Of a stretch of DNA of 64,000 bases, positions 24,952 through 37,317 are shown in pieces. Position 1 is the first letter of the stretch; each line of letters begins with the position of its first letter. Under the pieces are notes generated by a model. It saw only the letters and a program-made list of their open reading frames with translations, was not told the origin of the DNA and did no database searches. The stretch lies in the NCBI GenBank assembly GCA_051294905.1, contig CM119372.1:20524001-20588000 (forward strand). The letters are read 5' to 3'. The position numbers and the translations under genes are program-made. The stretch comes from Botryllus schlosseri (Eukaryota).

Positions 24952-25804
24952 CAGTGGTCGGGAACATTTTTTGTCCGAAGAGCCATATTGGCCCTATTTT
25001 TTCCGTCTCAACTCCCATAGAGCCATATATGCCAATCAACTGATACGTCAGAATTGAAAATTCGTGACGTTATGGTAGCACTAATTCGAACTCACGACAT
25101 GGGATTGCTCGTGTGCGCCATATTTTCTCTGTAAAAACTGGTATTTATTGTTCGAAAATAAAAGTCGAAACGCGAGGTAAAGGCACAGACAGGCCATGCA
25201 AGCCTCGCCATTGCTAACGCAATTCATTGTAAGTAGCTTAGAATTCAATATAACTGATATTAATCGAATGTGACTGTAACACTGATTCCAAAAATCTAAA
25301 TACTTATCGACTTCTCAATTCTCAAAGTATTCGGCGGTAACATAACGTCGCGCTACACGCAAACATTTTGCCGACGGTACCACACAGAGGTATACTTACC
25401 AATCAAGAATGTGGATAGCTGTGGCGTTGTTTGTAATTCGAGTTTGTAATTGCGAAGGTCACATTCACAACAGTTAATATCGCGCCGTAGTTCAGGAAGA
25501 CAATGTGTATTTGAAAACTGCGTTTTGAAATGGGCTTCGCCATGACTGCTATGCTCTTCGATTAATCAACGTATCGCACAATGCAAGATTTCGAGTCGGG
25601 TACATAGAATTCGCGAGTGTCTTTACCTCTCAAAGACATGTTTATACTGCCACGAGAATAATTATTCTGACCGTGATGAAAATTTACGAACAAGTCGCTG
25701 CAATATTGATCAATTCAGCGCAAAAATAAACATTTGGCAAAGAGCCATATCTTATACCCAAAAGAGCCATATATGGCTCGCGAGCCATAGGTTCCCGACC
25801 ACTG
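24952..25804. mobile_element. hAT (Charlie-type) MITE
   Basis: TIRs CAGTGGTCGGGAAC / GTTCCCGACCACTG; TSD atgtttat vs atgtatat; GAGCCATA subterminal repeats. Confidence 0.9.
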
Positions 25805-27424
25805 ATGTATATTGTACTACTATTGCGAAAGTCTCAAATTTATTTCGAGAAATGAGAACCAGTCTGAATTGCTCATGCATATTTCAATAATGAAAACGAA
25901 AGGTATCGATACGACAACATTCTTGAAATGCGAATTTCAGCCTCCAAGAAAGGATGATGTGATGTTGTTTACTAATTTAACCCGGGTAGATCAAGAAGTC
26001 TTTGCATTTGTAAATTTAGCGATTTGTTAATCGCGGCTTTGAGATATTGCGTAAAAATTCCGAGAACTTGGTGTTGCAATCGGAATTTGTTATTTGATAA
26101 TTCTGTAGGTACTCAGGCACTCAGGTCGTTTCGTAAATCAATGCCTGTATTTAAACATCTATGCAGTTCTTTTCTAAATTTCCAAGACGATTCGAGGCAC
26201 ACATGTGAATCTGCCTCAGCACACAGTTTGGAAATCACTGGATTAGAGCATACTGGAATTGTGAATAGAGCATGATCTTTAGCAGCAACATTAACTGAAA
26301 CCACTAGAACTATATAGGTATCGCACGCCGGCCATAATATCTGTAATAAGGTGAATCAGCAAAAGTGTTGTTATCCATATTTCAGACAGTTATTTCACAC
26401 CACACCACAGTGACCACACCATTCATTTCACAGCACCATATTGGATGGTCTGTAATGAAAACTACGGGAATGACATCGTGGACTTGACTAATGAACACAT
26501 TCCTTGGTGATTCGCAAATATCCGTAACTACGTTTTGCGCAGGCCTTCATTATTCTACGTTAGAGACTCTCGTTCAGCCGTACACAATACCTCCGGCACG
26601 CAATTTCGCAATGGGCGTGACCTAATAATCGGCAGGCCGGCTTCTTGACTTTTCAGGTAAATCGGGCAAGCATCAACCATATCAAGAATCATCTATTTGG
26701 TTACGATTGTGAGTCAGCGCGACGCGAAAGTAATCGAAACCTATCGATACGGATCGACAGTACTCATTGTTACAAACGTCCTGCATCCAACCATAGCGTC
26801 ATATAGCGCCAGCCGTTGTTGTATGTTTTGAACAAGTACATGTTTAGTTGTACACAGCCGATAATAATGGGTAGCTCATGTCATAAACGCCCAATCCATA
26901 CCCTACTGCGATCGACGAGAGAATGCAGATTACTGGAGATGTTATTGTTCAATGTTCAATTGTTCATTGTTCAGTTTAGATAGGCCAGCAGCCGAACACC
27001 CGCTGGTTTCCCTAATTATACCGCAGTCAACTTCGTTGTCACAAAAGATACAGTGCTTATGCAGATTGGATGGCAAGGAAAACCAAAATGGTAATGTTGC
27101 CCTATAAACAATGAAAATATTTAAGCTCCCCTATTATTATGAATTACATTCAACAGAACATCTCTGATCGTGTTGGAGACTGAGCTCTGCACATGCGTCA
27201 GTGATTCCGTGTGTTTTGGGCAGGTTTAATGCCTGTAAATCTTTATCGTGTCAATGTTATAAATGACGTGGCGAGATAGCGTAGTGGTATGATCCACAGC
27301 TGCAACACCAATGTGGTGCGGGTCCGAGTCCGACCGATGTCGACTCCAGAATTCCTACCCAAGTGTTGGAGGTCTATCTGGGCTCCTCCTCGCCATTTAT
27401 CCGTGTAAATGGTGTCCAGTAAAA

Positions 27425-27527
27425 GCATAGAAGTGGGCCGTGCTACAAGTCGGCAGCTACGGAACAAATAATAATCATGAGAAAATTGGCCTGGTGTAAA
27501 TGACCATAGTAGTTGACAAGCGCCATG
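27425..27527 (+). repeat. Unclassified interspersed repeat (second copy 53901-53998)
   Basis: TAGAAGTGGGCCGTGCTACAAGTCGGCAGCTACGGAA...TGGTGTAAATGACCATAGTAGTTGACAA recurs with substitutions at 53901-53998. Confidence 0.7.
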
Positions 27528-27661
27528 AATATCACAAATAACAATGTGACAAATTCTCTTTCTTTTGCCCTATTTCTCTTATGCTGCAACAGGAAGAAAT
27601 GTAGATCTTGAAATATGTCAACTAACGTGTCTTTTGAAACAGGTTTATTGTAACCTATTAG

Positions 27662-28586
27662 CAGTGTTGGGATGACTCGAGTCACCTTTTTCGTATGACT
27701 TGACTTGACTCGAGTCACTTTGCTAAAATGACTTGACTTGACTTGACTCTGCGTATCAGAAATGTGGATTGACTCGTGACTCGGAGCAAAATTCACGAGT
27801 CAATTTCAAGTCATCAAGTAAAAAACACCTTATCTTGCATCTTGTTCGCCAAACTTTTGTGTAACCCATGAGAGCGACCGACCATTAAATGATCATGCGT
27901 TTTACTGAGCCCCCAATATTCTCCCACAAAGATATTGACCACAAACGAAGTGATCGAAGCTACAGCTTACGTTGTCGTAAACTAGAAGTAAAGTAATTTC
28001 ATAGCAAAATATATATTTGTGTTCTCTGTTCTTACCTTAACCGAACCTCTTGTTTTATTGAAATTGTAATCGAATATAGCTTATATACTCCTCAACCATC
28101 GGCGCAGACTCGAATTGTATCATATCAATATGTATAAATGGGTACTGTATTGCATCTTCTCAATTCGTTTCTCGATTCTATATCTTGGCTGGTAACTATA
28201 AAATGAGGCTATGCAATTATTTACGTAGTTCAACAGTTCTATGCTTATGTGAACGATACAACCCCTTATTGCATGTATATTCAACTCTATATTCGTTCAT
28301 CGGTTCAGAATCAATGACCAATCAATCTGTTATTCAGAGACTTAGCGAAATGCAATGACGTAATCATGCTTCATATTTCTAAAAGGCAACTTGACTTGAA
28401 TTTTGACTTGACTCGTGACTTGACTTGACTTGACTCGACTTGACTCGAGTCACCTCCAAAAATCGACTGACTTGACTTGACTCGAGTCACCTTCGAAAAT
28501 CGATTGACTTGACTTGACTCGAGTCAAAATGTGCAATGACTCGAAATGACTCGTGACTCGAAGGTATTGACTTGATCCCAACACTG
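27662..28586. mobile_element. hAT MITE with GACTT/GACTC subterminal arrays
   Basis: TIRs CAGTGTTGGGAT / ATCCCAACACTG; perfect TSD cctattag (27654-27661, 28587-28594). Confidence 0.93.
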
Positions 28587-28663
28587 CCTATTAGCCTACA
28601 TGTCTTATACATCCCTCTTGATGTGCCGAGCCTACACACATGGATTACATAAGCGCCTTGCAT

Positions 28664-29316
28664 TAAGGCTCTTCAAAAATGACTTTTTTTCTCAAATCGC
28701 ACTGGCTACTTGATAAAATTGTTAGATTACCTAATTTAAGCCTACACACCAAATTTGGTTCAATTCCAACCAGTAGCCGCCTTGCTAGAGGATAAGAAAG
28801 TTTATATTTACTATATAAAAATAAATAACAAAAAATTTGAAAATTTTCTGTTCACCCCATGAAAGTGCTAGGTTGTCTATAGAAACGATGTTCACCAAAT
28901 TTGGTTCAATTTCAACCAGTGGCAGCGGAGTTATTGCCGTCGAAAAATTTGGGTTATGAATAAAATAGTTTATAAGGTGACCAATTCTTTAATAATTTAT
29001 TATAATTGTGCCCACCGTAAATACTATGTTATTCAAATCCAAATTTTTCGATGGCAATAACTCCGCTTCCACTGTTTGGAATTGAACCAAATTTGGTGAA
29101 CATCGTTTCTACAGACAACCTAACACTTTCATGGGGTGAACAGAAAAATTTCAAATTTTTTGTTATTTATTCTTATATATTAAATAGAAACTTTCTTCTC
29201 CTGTAGCAATGCGGCTACTGGTTGGAATTGAACCAAATTTGGTGTGTAGGTAACAAAACCATTTTATCAAGTAGTCAGTACGATTTGAGAAAAAAAGTCA
29301 TTTTTGAAGAGCCCTA
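28664..29316. mobile_element. Fully palindromic (foldback) TAGGGCT-family MITE
   Basis: Ends TAAGGCTCTTCAAAAATGAC / GTCATTTTTGAAGAGCCCTA; arms complementary almost to the centre (~28995); TSD ccttgcat vs ccctgcat. Confidence 0.9.
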
Positions 29317-31064
29317 CCCTGCATATGTTGTGGGGTTGCTTTTGACGTGACACTTCAATGGTTGGATGTTTCATTTCATCATGATCTTAGACAATTTGGA
29401 GAATTGGAAGTGATTAATAAGGTAACGAGATAATCCGGCCCTCGGTCGACTCAAAACAAATTTTGTTGATGTAAAACTCTTATATACGGAATCGAACGAA
29501 ATTTGATGATCGTACATCGAAAGAAACTTAGTTTAGAAACGAATACGTGTCTGGTACCAGCTTAATATCCTCCAAGTCTGGAATCTTATGTATTGGTGTT
29601 ACCAACCTCCGTGATTTTCGACCGCTGACTCACATGAAAGGCGTACAGATTTCTAAGAATACCGCCGAATGACATCATAGCCATTTTACACGGTACGAAC
29701 ATTTTATTCAGGGAGCGATGCGCTCGAGTGAAATTGGGTTGTGTCAAGACTAATACAAAGGTTGTGGTAGATGTCTAGAATACAAGTGAAAAAAGCAGAC
29801 AAGTTGTGTGTTTCTGTAGAGTAAATCAACATAAAGAATCCTTCCCCTGCAGTGTTAGGCAACTTCACTTCATTGGTGGGTTGATCACATCACACCCAAG
29901 GCATAAACGTCATAGCTTCCGCAACTTTCCGAATGGTTCTGTCTTGTGTTGGAAGATATACAATATACCAGGGATATCCCTGACAGATAGATATCCCTGA
30001 CAATATACACAGTCAACATCAACCAATCCCGTCTGTTTACTGGCCTGAAATTATGCAGTCTCCCCGCGTTCCTGGAAGTGATTTGTTGATGCCGTGAGTC
30101 GTGTCATATTCCAAAAATATATCGATGAATGCGGTTGGCAGTCTGTGAGGACAGACAGAAAGTAATCTCATCTAGATTGTTCACTTAACCTCGCAGTATA
30201 CTACAATGCAAATTCTCATTACCATGAGCTGGCGCAATATTGCTGAAGCAACATAATTTGGATTGCAGTTTTCATATCCAATCCAACGTCGAACACGGTT
30301 GCTTGTGACCAGAACATTTATGAATTATCAGCGCTTTCGTATATCTCTACACTTCTTCCGACAGCAGACAGTCAGATTAATTAGTCAAGAAGTCATCTCA
30401 AAGTCATCTTCAACCACTGGATTCATCATGGTATTGAACATTCCAGGTACTACTCAATACCAAGTCCTTACTTGACTCCGGGGCTAATTCGAAAGAGACT
30501 ATAATTGAAGATAACATGATTGGCGATCTGCGTCACAAATCGCCTTTGTGTAGCATGGTATAAAACGCGAGATTTCTGATAAGATCTTCGGCGTTAGGTG
30601 TAAACAACAACACCTTTCCGTAATAACAATCGATATCGAAAGTTGAACGTGACCTCAAGTGCTTGAGTATGTCAGACGATCTTAATCGAAATAAAAACTG
30701 TAAGCCATTACACGAAAAACGTTACAAAACTACAAAAAATATGCGACGCTCCGCCACGACCAGATTTGATCTGAGAATTAATCGATATAATCCCAATATC
30801 TATTCAGAGATTGAGATTTGATAATACAATGATTCGTCGCCCAGGTTTGCATACAAATCTTAGATTACAATATAGTTACCCCAACATTAAGTCGAGTTTT
30901 CTTAGATATTCTCTTGCTTGTATATGGATACAGATGTGGTGGATTAAAAACGCTCTAAAACTATATTCTAGTGACTTTTTTCATCTAAGCAAGACACACA
31001 AGTTTTCAAACGTCCAGCAATAGTAGATTTCGCCTAAATGATGGACCATAGCATAACTCGTGAC

Positions 31065-31555
31065 CAGATGTGGTCGTAATAGTCAGAATTGCTACTCAAT
31101 TAGATTGCCATAACTTTCCACTCAATTACAAGAAGTAACAATCTCTAGGACATGTCAAAACTACTTCAAGTAGAAGTAAACAATGAAGGTTTGAAGCATA
31201 CTCATTACTCAAGTAAGTAATTTAAAAAAGTAGATTTGTCTGAAGGGTCGCATACGTTTAGCAATCAATCAGAGGGTCCACTGTCAAAATTACAGCGTGC
31301 ATCTTCGCGACTAACGCAAAATGACCAATGACACTACAAATAGGTGCGGATTTCGAGAATATACTCAGTTACGGTGACACAGGAGCTCTGTATCCTCTAA
31401 CTACTTTCTATACTTTAAATGACCAAATGACTAAAGAGCAAAGTTTACCTAAAACGAATGTTAAGTAGAAGTGGGAGTAATCCAAAACACATAAAAACTT
31501 GAGTAAGTAGGGGAAACCCGCTTGAGTACTCAGAAAATTAGTACTTTGTCCAGTG
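31065..31555. mobile_element. Degenerate hAT-like MITE relic with AAGTA/TACTC repeats
   Basis: Clustered TACTC, AAGTAG and GAGTA motifs at both ends of the interval; TIRs and TSD not clearly recoverable. Confidence 0.35.
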
Positions 31556-31959
31556 ATCAGGTCTATTTCTAACTCTGCACAACGCGATGTTCATGAAATA
31601 TTGTATGTAGCATGTTGCTGTCTCATTGAAAATCGTGCTCGCCAAACCAAATCCACCTTGCCTATGGCAGCACTTTGTGACAATCTCTTCTTATATAGTA
31701 CGTTTAAAATGAATACAAATCATCACTCCCAGAAAGTTTACAAAAATCTCTGAAACGGAAATGAATAATTAAGATGACGAGTCGACAATGTAATTTATAG
31801 ATTGGCCTTTCTTATTCTCTGGCATTTCAGATTTTGTGTTGTAATCGATGGGATACAAATCTCAACTCTCTTCCTCTCTTTCCCTTAAACAAATGAAGCA
31901 CCCTGCAGAGATGCTACCACATATACGTAAATAACTTCCACGTACTGTAGAGTATAGAG

Positions 31960-32274
31960 CAGTAGTTCTCAACCTTTTTTAGACACGCCCCCCTTTATGA
32001 TGGTGAAAAATTTTGCATCCCCCTTATCGTCATATCACAATATCCAACCGGGATGCTAGCAACCCTAACAGATTGTTTGATGGCATGGAAGGTTATGACT
32101 GTTGATGAGATAATTCAAAAATATGAAAATCGGTCTATACATAGAGAAACACGCGTGAATTGGATGTAAATCGCGCCCCGTGCGAAAAAAATTCAGTTGA
32201 CCGCTTCTTCGCGCCCCCTTCAGATGCTTTCACGCCCCCTTGAGGGGGAGCGCCCCCCAGGTTGAGAACCACTG
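31960..32274. mobile_element. hAT (Charlie-type) MITE
   Basis: TIRs CAGTAGTTCTCAACC / GGTTGAGAACCACTG; TSD gtatagag vs gtataggg; CGCCCCC subterminal repeats. Confidence 0.9.
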
Positions 32275-32665
32275 GTATAGGGGATGCGAAGAAGGGAGCG
32301 TAAACAAATCGCGGATCAAGTCTGTTCTACTTATAATTATTTGAAGGGCTTCTTGGAGGTACAGAACTTTACTATAAGATTGTTTTATTCCAATGACATG
32401 GTCTTTGTCGGAGACTAGCGATTAGCATCAATGATAAAATAATGCCGCTGAGCAATAAAGGCAATATGCCTACATCCCTAAAAATTAAAAATTCGCAAAT
32501 GCTACTGTAAGCAGCAAGAATACCATGCCAGGTAGGCCTATGGCAGTGTACTGATGCGTTACTATAACAAAGTACTTGTAAATGAGAATATTGCTTCAAA
32601 ATATACAATATATAGATACATTAGTACATACGAAAATGCATATATATATAAAAGGATATATACAA

Positions 32666-33668
32666 TAGGGATGGTGTGAACCTCTGAAAGGTTCAGGTTC
32701 GTGTGAACGCGAACCTTTTTGAAAGGTTCTGTGTGAACACGAACGTGAACCTCGTGACGTCACGTGACGTCATATTGCTTATTCCAACCCTATCTTCTAA
32801 TGAAGTGATAGCCTATATTAATGTACAGTTGTACACGATACCTAGCGAAGACTCGGTCCACATAATGCCACAATGCTGAAGTACATATCGGCGTTTTAAA
32901 CGTCGCTAAATGTATCAACAGCGGTAATCAAAGGATATAATAATTGCGTAAAATCAATACATTCAGTCGCTTTGCCAACAATTTCGACGAGGACTTACCA
33001 AGGAATATAAGCTTACGCCTTAACGGTCTTAGCCAGACCGGACAATGTGTTCGGAGTCTGAGTATTGCTACATTGATATTGAGCAGAGTGTACAACGGGT
33101 TCCTATATTCGCTACCGATACCACAACAACAACAAGTTATGCAGCAGTAGCAAGCACCTCAATCGCACGGATTTGGTTTTAATGATACAGTAAAGATATG
33201 AAGTCAAGATTGACCCCGTACGCCCGTTCGATTTTTTACATCAGAAGACGATATCAATGTCATCGATTGGTTGAATAAGCATCATTCGCTGACAACGTAT
33301 ATCGCTCGTGATGTTGTGTGATTGCGGGTCAAGCTCACAGCAGAGAGTCACTAAATATTCACACCGGAAAGCTGGTTATTACGAGAAAATTTTTGCAACA
33401 AAGCAACTAAAACTTTTAAGGTTGTCGAGGTGAATGGTGCATGCTCGTTAAGCGCTGATTTTTCATGCTGCCAGCACCATGCATGGAGTGGCCAGCAGTT
33501 GAAATGCAATAAATTTGAGCCAAAGATCTTATAATGGAGTGAAAATTACAATTTACCAAAAGGTTCACAGTGCAGAACCTACCAAGTTCTGTTGTGAACG
33601 CGAACCTCTAAATTTCCGAGGTTCACACACAGAACGCGAACGTGAACCTCACGTTCACACCATCCCTA
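32666..33668. mobile_element. hAT (Ac-type TAGGGATG termini) non-autonomous element
   Basis: TIRs TAGGGATGGTGTGAAC / GTTCACACCATCCCTA; perfect TSD atatacaa; GAAC/GTTC subterminal repeats; a second copy starts at 60942. Confidence 0.93.
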
Positions 33669-34282
33669 ATATACAATATACATATACACACCTTGTGTCG
33701 GTTAAATCATACAAAATCTACCATAATCTCAATCATTATAGCGTTTGGCGTATATGTTAGTGTAGACTGTAGATATGGATGTATTGTGCAATGGGCATAT
33801 TACTTGATCAAGGCTAATTCCTCGTGATAATTGATAATAATATATTGGCACCATTATAGCCTTGATGAAAAATATCCCTACGCAAAACCATACTCCAAAG
33901 AGAGGATTTGGAATCTACATACAAGCATCTACGCTCGAGCATGTATAATTGTACATGTACAGTACAGCACATTGTACATTGTACAATGTACATGTGGAAG
34001 GTACATTGCAAGTGTGCAATGAAAAGGTGGGGGGGGGGCTTCATCGGTTAGATACCAATGAATGCGCCGTTGGCACATTGAACAGCGGTCGTTACTAAAA
34101 TCGATCCAAAACAGTACGAGCTCTGCATATTCTACACGTGACTGTATGCAACTGGTGAAAGATATATTGGCAAAAGGATATTTCCCTTTCCACGTTGTAA
34201 CGGGTGCCAACGCAGTCCATGGATAGCATTTCTGACATCAAATTCATTAACCGTGCTATTATAATAATTGCACCATATGTAG

Positions 34283-35007
34283 CAGTGGTTCCCAGACTGT
34301 GGTAGACGTACCACTAGTGGTACACGGGAGAATCTTAAGTGGTACCCGGGTAACTTCATCGAACCTATAAATTCCCGACTTGAAAAAAAAAATTAGATCG
34401 AGACTTCGAACTTCCACTGTATCCAAGTAACGTTGGGCTTCATGATACCAGTCATTGAGAATTGTCAAAGTAATGACCTAATGGCACAAACAATCTAATA
34501 TAGTGTGTTCGATTGATCGCTTCCATTGCTCAACTACGGCCGGTGGTTGAAATTTATCAGATTTACAATGATGGTCACCATGGTGTAACCGCGGGTCAAG
34601 CCAGGAGAGATTCATATACTCCCAAAATCTCGCAAAGCTTATTTTATAACAGTGGGACCTGGGCCTACGTAAGCCCCGGCTGGACGAACTTCGAACTTTT
34701 TTGAACAATTAAAACAAATCCCTGAAATAATTTCCGAGCTAAGCGCGATTTGCTGTATCGGGCATTGTTAATTACTATCAAGCCTTGTCCCGATTTCAAA
34801 GGATTCCATATCAAATCAGTGCCTTTGTATCATACAATTTTTCAAGCTGATCTCGGAACTATTAACTTGTGATCAAAGCTAAAATATAGTGGCCCTCAGC
34901 AATTTCGAATAACCAGCCACTAATGCGATCGATATAACGAGGTGGCACATGAGCTCAGTAAAAATGCTCGAAATGTTACGCACATACAAAAAGTTTGGGA
35001 AGCACTG
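34283..35007. mobile_element. Old hAT (Charlie/Buster-type) element
   Basis: Ends CAGTGGTTCCCAGAC / GTTTGGGAAGCACTG; the GTGGTAC repeats match the left end at 61332; TSD eroded (atatgtag vs atataggc). Confidence 0.65.
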
Positions 35008-36721
35008 ATATAGGCTATACAGACTGGAGTTTAGGCTCGTGAGTGTTGTGATTGTATTAATATATAAAATCAAACGCATTACACTTTCGCGATCAGGAAT
35101 CCACAAATTCCCAAAGGAATCGAAATCAGCTGTCTCTCTTTAGCCATTCGAAGCGAACGCAAAACAGAAGACTGAGTACTATAAAAATATACCCTGACAC
35201 GGCTCCGATACTCTGAATTTTTCTTCCAGAATCAATACTGAGCCGGAGAAAAGTAGTATGATTTCGAGTCCTGAATTAGATTTGTCTTGCAATGCACATG
35301 ACAGTAATTTAGCGAATTGAAAACAACGGAAACCATGCTGTTTTTGACGTCACTCGTCACGACATTCATCGGAAATTGCATTTCAAATGCATGTGGGTTC
35401 CAGGAAGACATTCATACATACAGTTACACACACCATGCGAAAGCTCGCAAAGGTATTGTATCTTTTGCGCAAATGGTTTAGTGTGATATTCTATTTCTTC
35501 CTAAAAATTCGCCACCGTGGATCGATCGTAACCACATTGAGACAGTCACATATCTAGAAGTAATCCATGTGAATCGATTAGATAAAATTTCCGTACAATG
35601 TCAGGCGAAGAAAATTTGAATACGCATCAGTATTGTCTATGGCTTCAGCGGTCTCGCTTCGGTGCTGTGCTTCTTGCGAGCAGACACTTTGATGCATATC
35701 AAATATCGGATTTCGATGATAGCTCGTGCGATGTAGATAATCTCGAAAATAATTTGTCATCGTATTTATCAATAAGTAATTCTATTTTTAGCCATAACAA
35801 TTTACGGCCAATGGTATCTTTTACTTTCGTATCTCACTGACAATCTCGTAGTCAATTTACGATGCCTTTAAAATAGTAAAGACTTTCAAACGCAACTCGT
35901 TCCACACAACATAATGCATAAATAGGCACATTTGTGCGAAATCAAGTCGAAATCGTGAGAACTAATGAAAGCTTCGAGTTCTAAACTAACAATCAACCAT
36001 ACCAAGTATATCAGCACCGCTCGACACCGCTGAAAAATTTTCAAGCAGTCAAGAATGTTCATAAAAACTTGTTTGAATCAAGTTGTATCTATGATGCTAT
36101 AGCGGTTAGGTGTTGTTTTTTGCCTTCCTATTCGAAGTTCGCTACTATACCTCAAGCTTTCAAAATTAATAGCAGAGCTCATAACACGTTACAATTTAAA
36201 GGTGAAAAATATAATATACGGTAAAAATACTGTATGTCAATGAAATAATTCTCTTCATTAGATGTAATATAATTGTTATTCAGACAGTCAATCACCACGC
36301 GCCGGTTTATGACGTCTTTAGAGAATTGAATCGAGTAAGAATATATTCAATTACGAATTCTTCCGTATTTCGGAACTTATAAGTAAGCACCCGCTGTAGC
36401 TATCGTAAACTATGGAGAAATAACAAACGCCATTCGGCAGATTCGCTGCCGCAAAATTAGCTGTAGACTAAAATGTAATTTATCAGCTGTACTTTCACAC
36501 AAAAATCAGAATTTCCCGCAACCAGGTGACACCAAGAATCATGAGTCATTCGCGTGAATGAAAACGAAATGTGTCATTTCGTTTTGATACCTTTCTGCAT
36601 GTTTCTAGTCTCAATTGATGCGCGCTTTGTGTCACTCTGCTGCGCCGTCTGCGACGCAGGTGCATTGAGCCTATTTTGGATGAATGATCGAAACTATGCC
36701 GTGACGTAGCAATCGTAGCAT

Positions 36722-37317
36722 CATAGTGTCCTATATGGTGTCGACACAGGCAAATCTCACGCCTCAGTGAAATTGTATCACGTCACAATTTCCATTCGGC
36801 TACAGGCAATTTGACGGTCATTTTTGACCGGCTTTCCGAGCATTAAATTTGGTAAAACGGGTATCAATCGAAAGCTGACTCTGCACTGATTACGAAGATA
36901 TAAATTTTATTCCGCTTGTGGCCCTGGAGCTCCCACAATCAGCCTCGAATTTTTCATTGTTATGGAGATTGGCATTGGGACGCAACAATGCTGAACAATG
37001 CTGTCTGGCTCTTTTTCTCTTGAGCTACTCTCTCGTTTCGCCAGACAGCATTGTTGCGTCCAAATGCCAATCTCCATAACAATGAAAAATTCGAGGCTGA
37101 TTGTGTGAGTTCCAGGGCCACGAGCGGAATAAAATTTATATTTTCGTAATCAGTGCAGAGTCAGCTTTCGATTGATACCCGTTTTACCAAATTTAATGCT
37201 CGGCAAGCCGGTCAAAAATGACCGTCAAATTGCCTGTAGCCAAATGGAAATTGTGACGTGATACAATTTCACTGAGGCGTGAGATTTGCCTGCGTCGACA
37301 CCATATAGGACACTATG
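36722..37317. mobile_element. Second copy of the CATAG foldback family, reduced to a hairpin
   Basis: Same termini CATAGTGTCCTATATGGTGTCGAC; arms of ~285 bp with a ~30-bp spacer; perfect 7-bp TSD gtagcat (36715-36721, 37318-37324). Confidence 0.92.
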
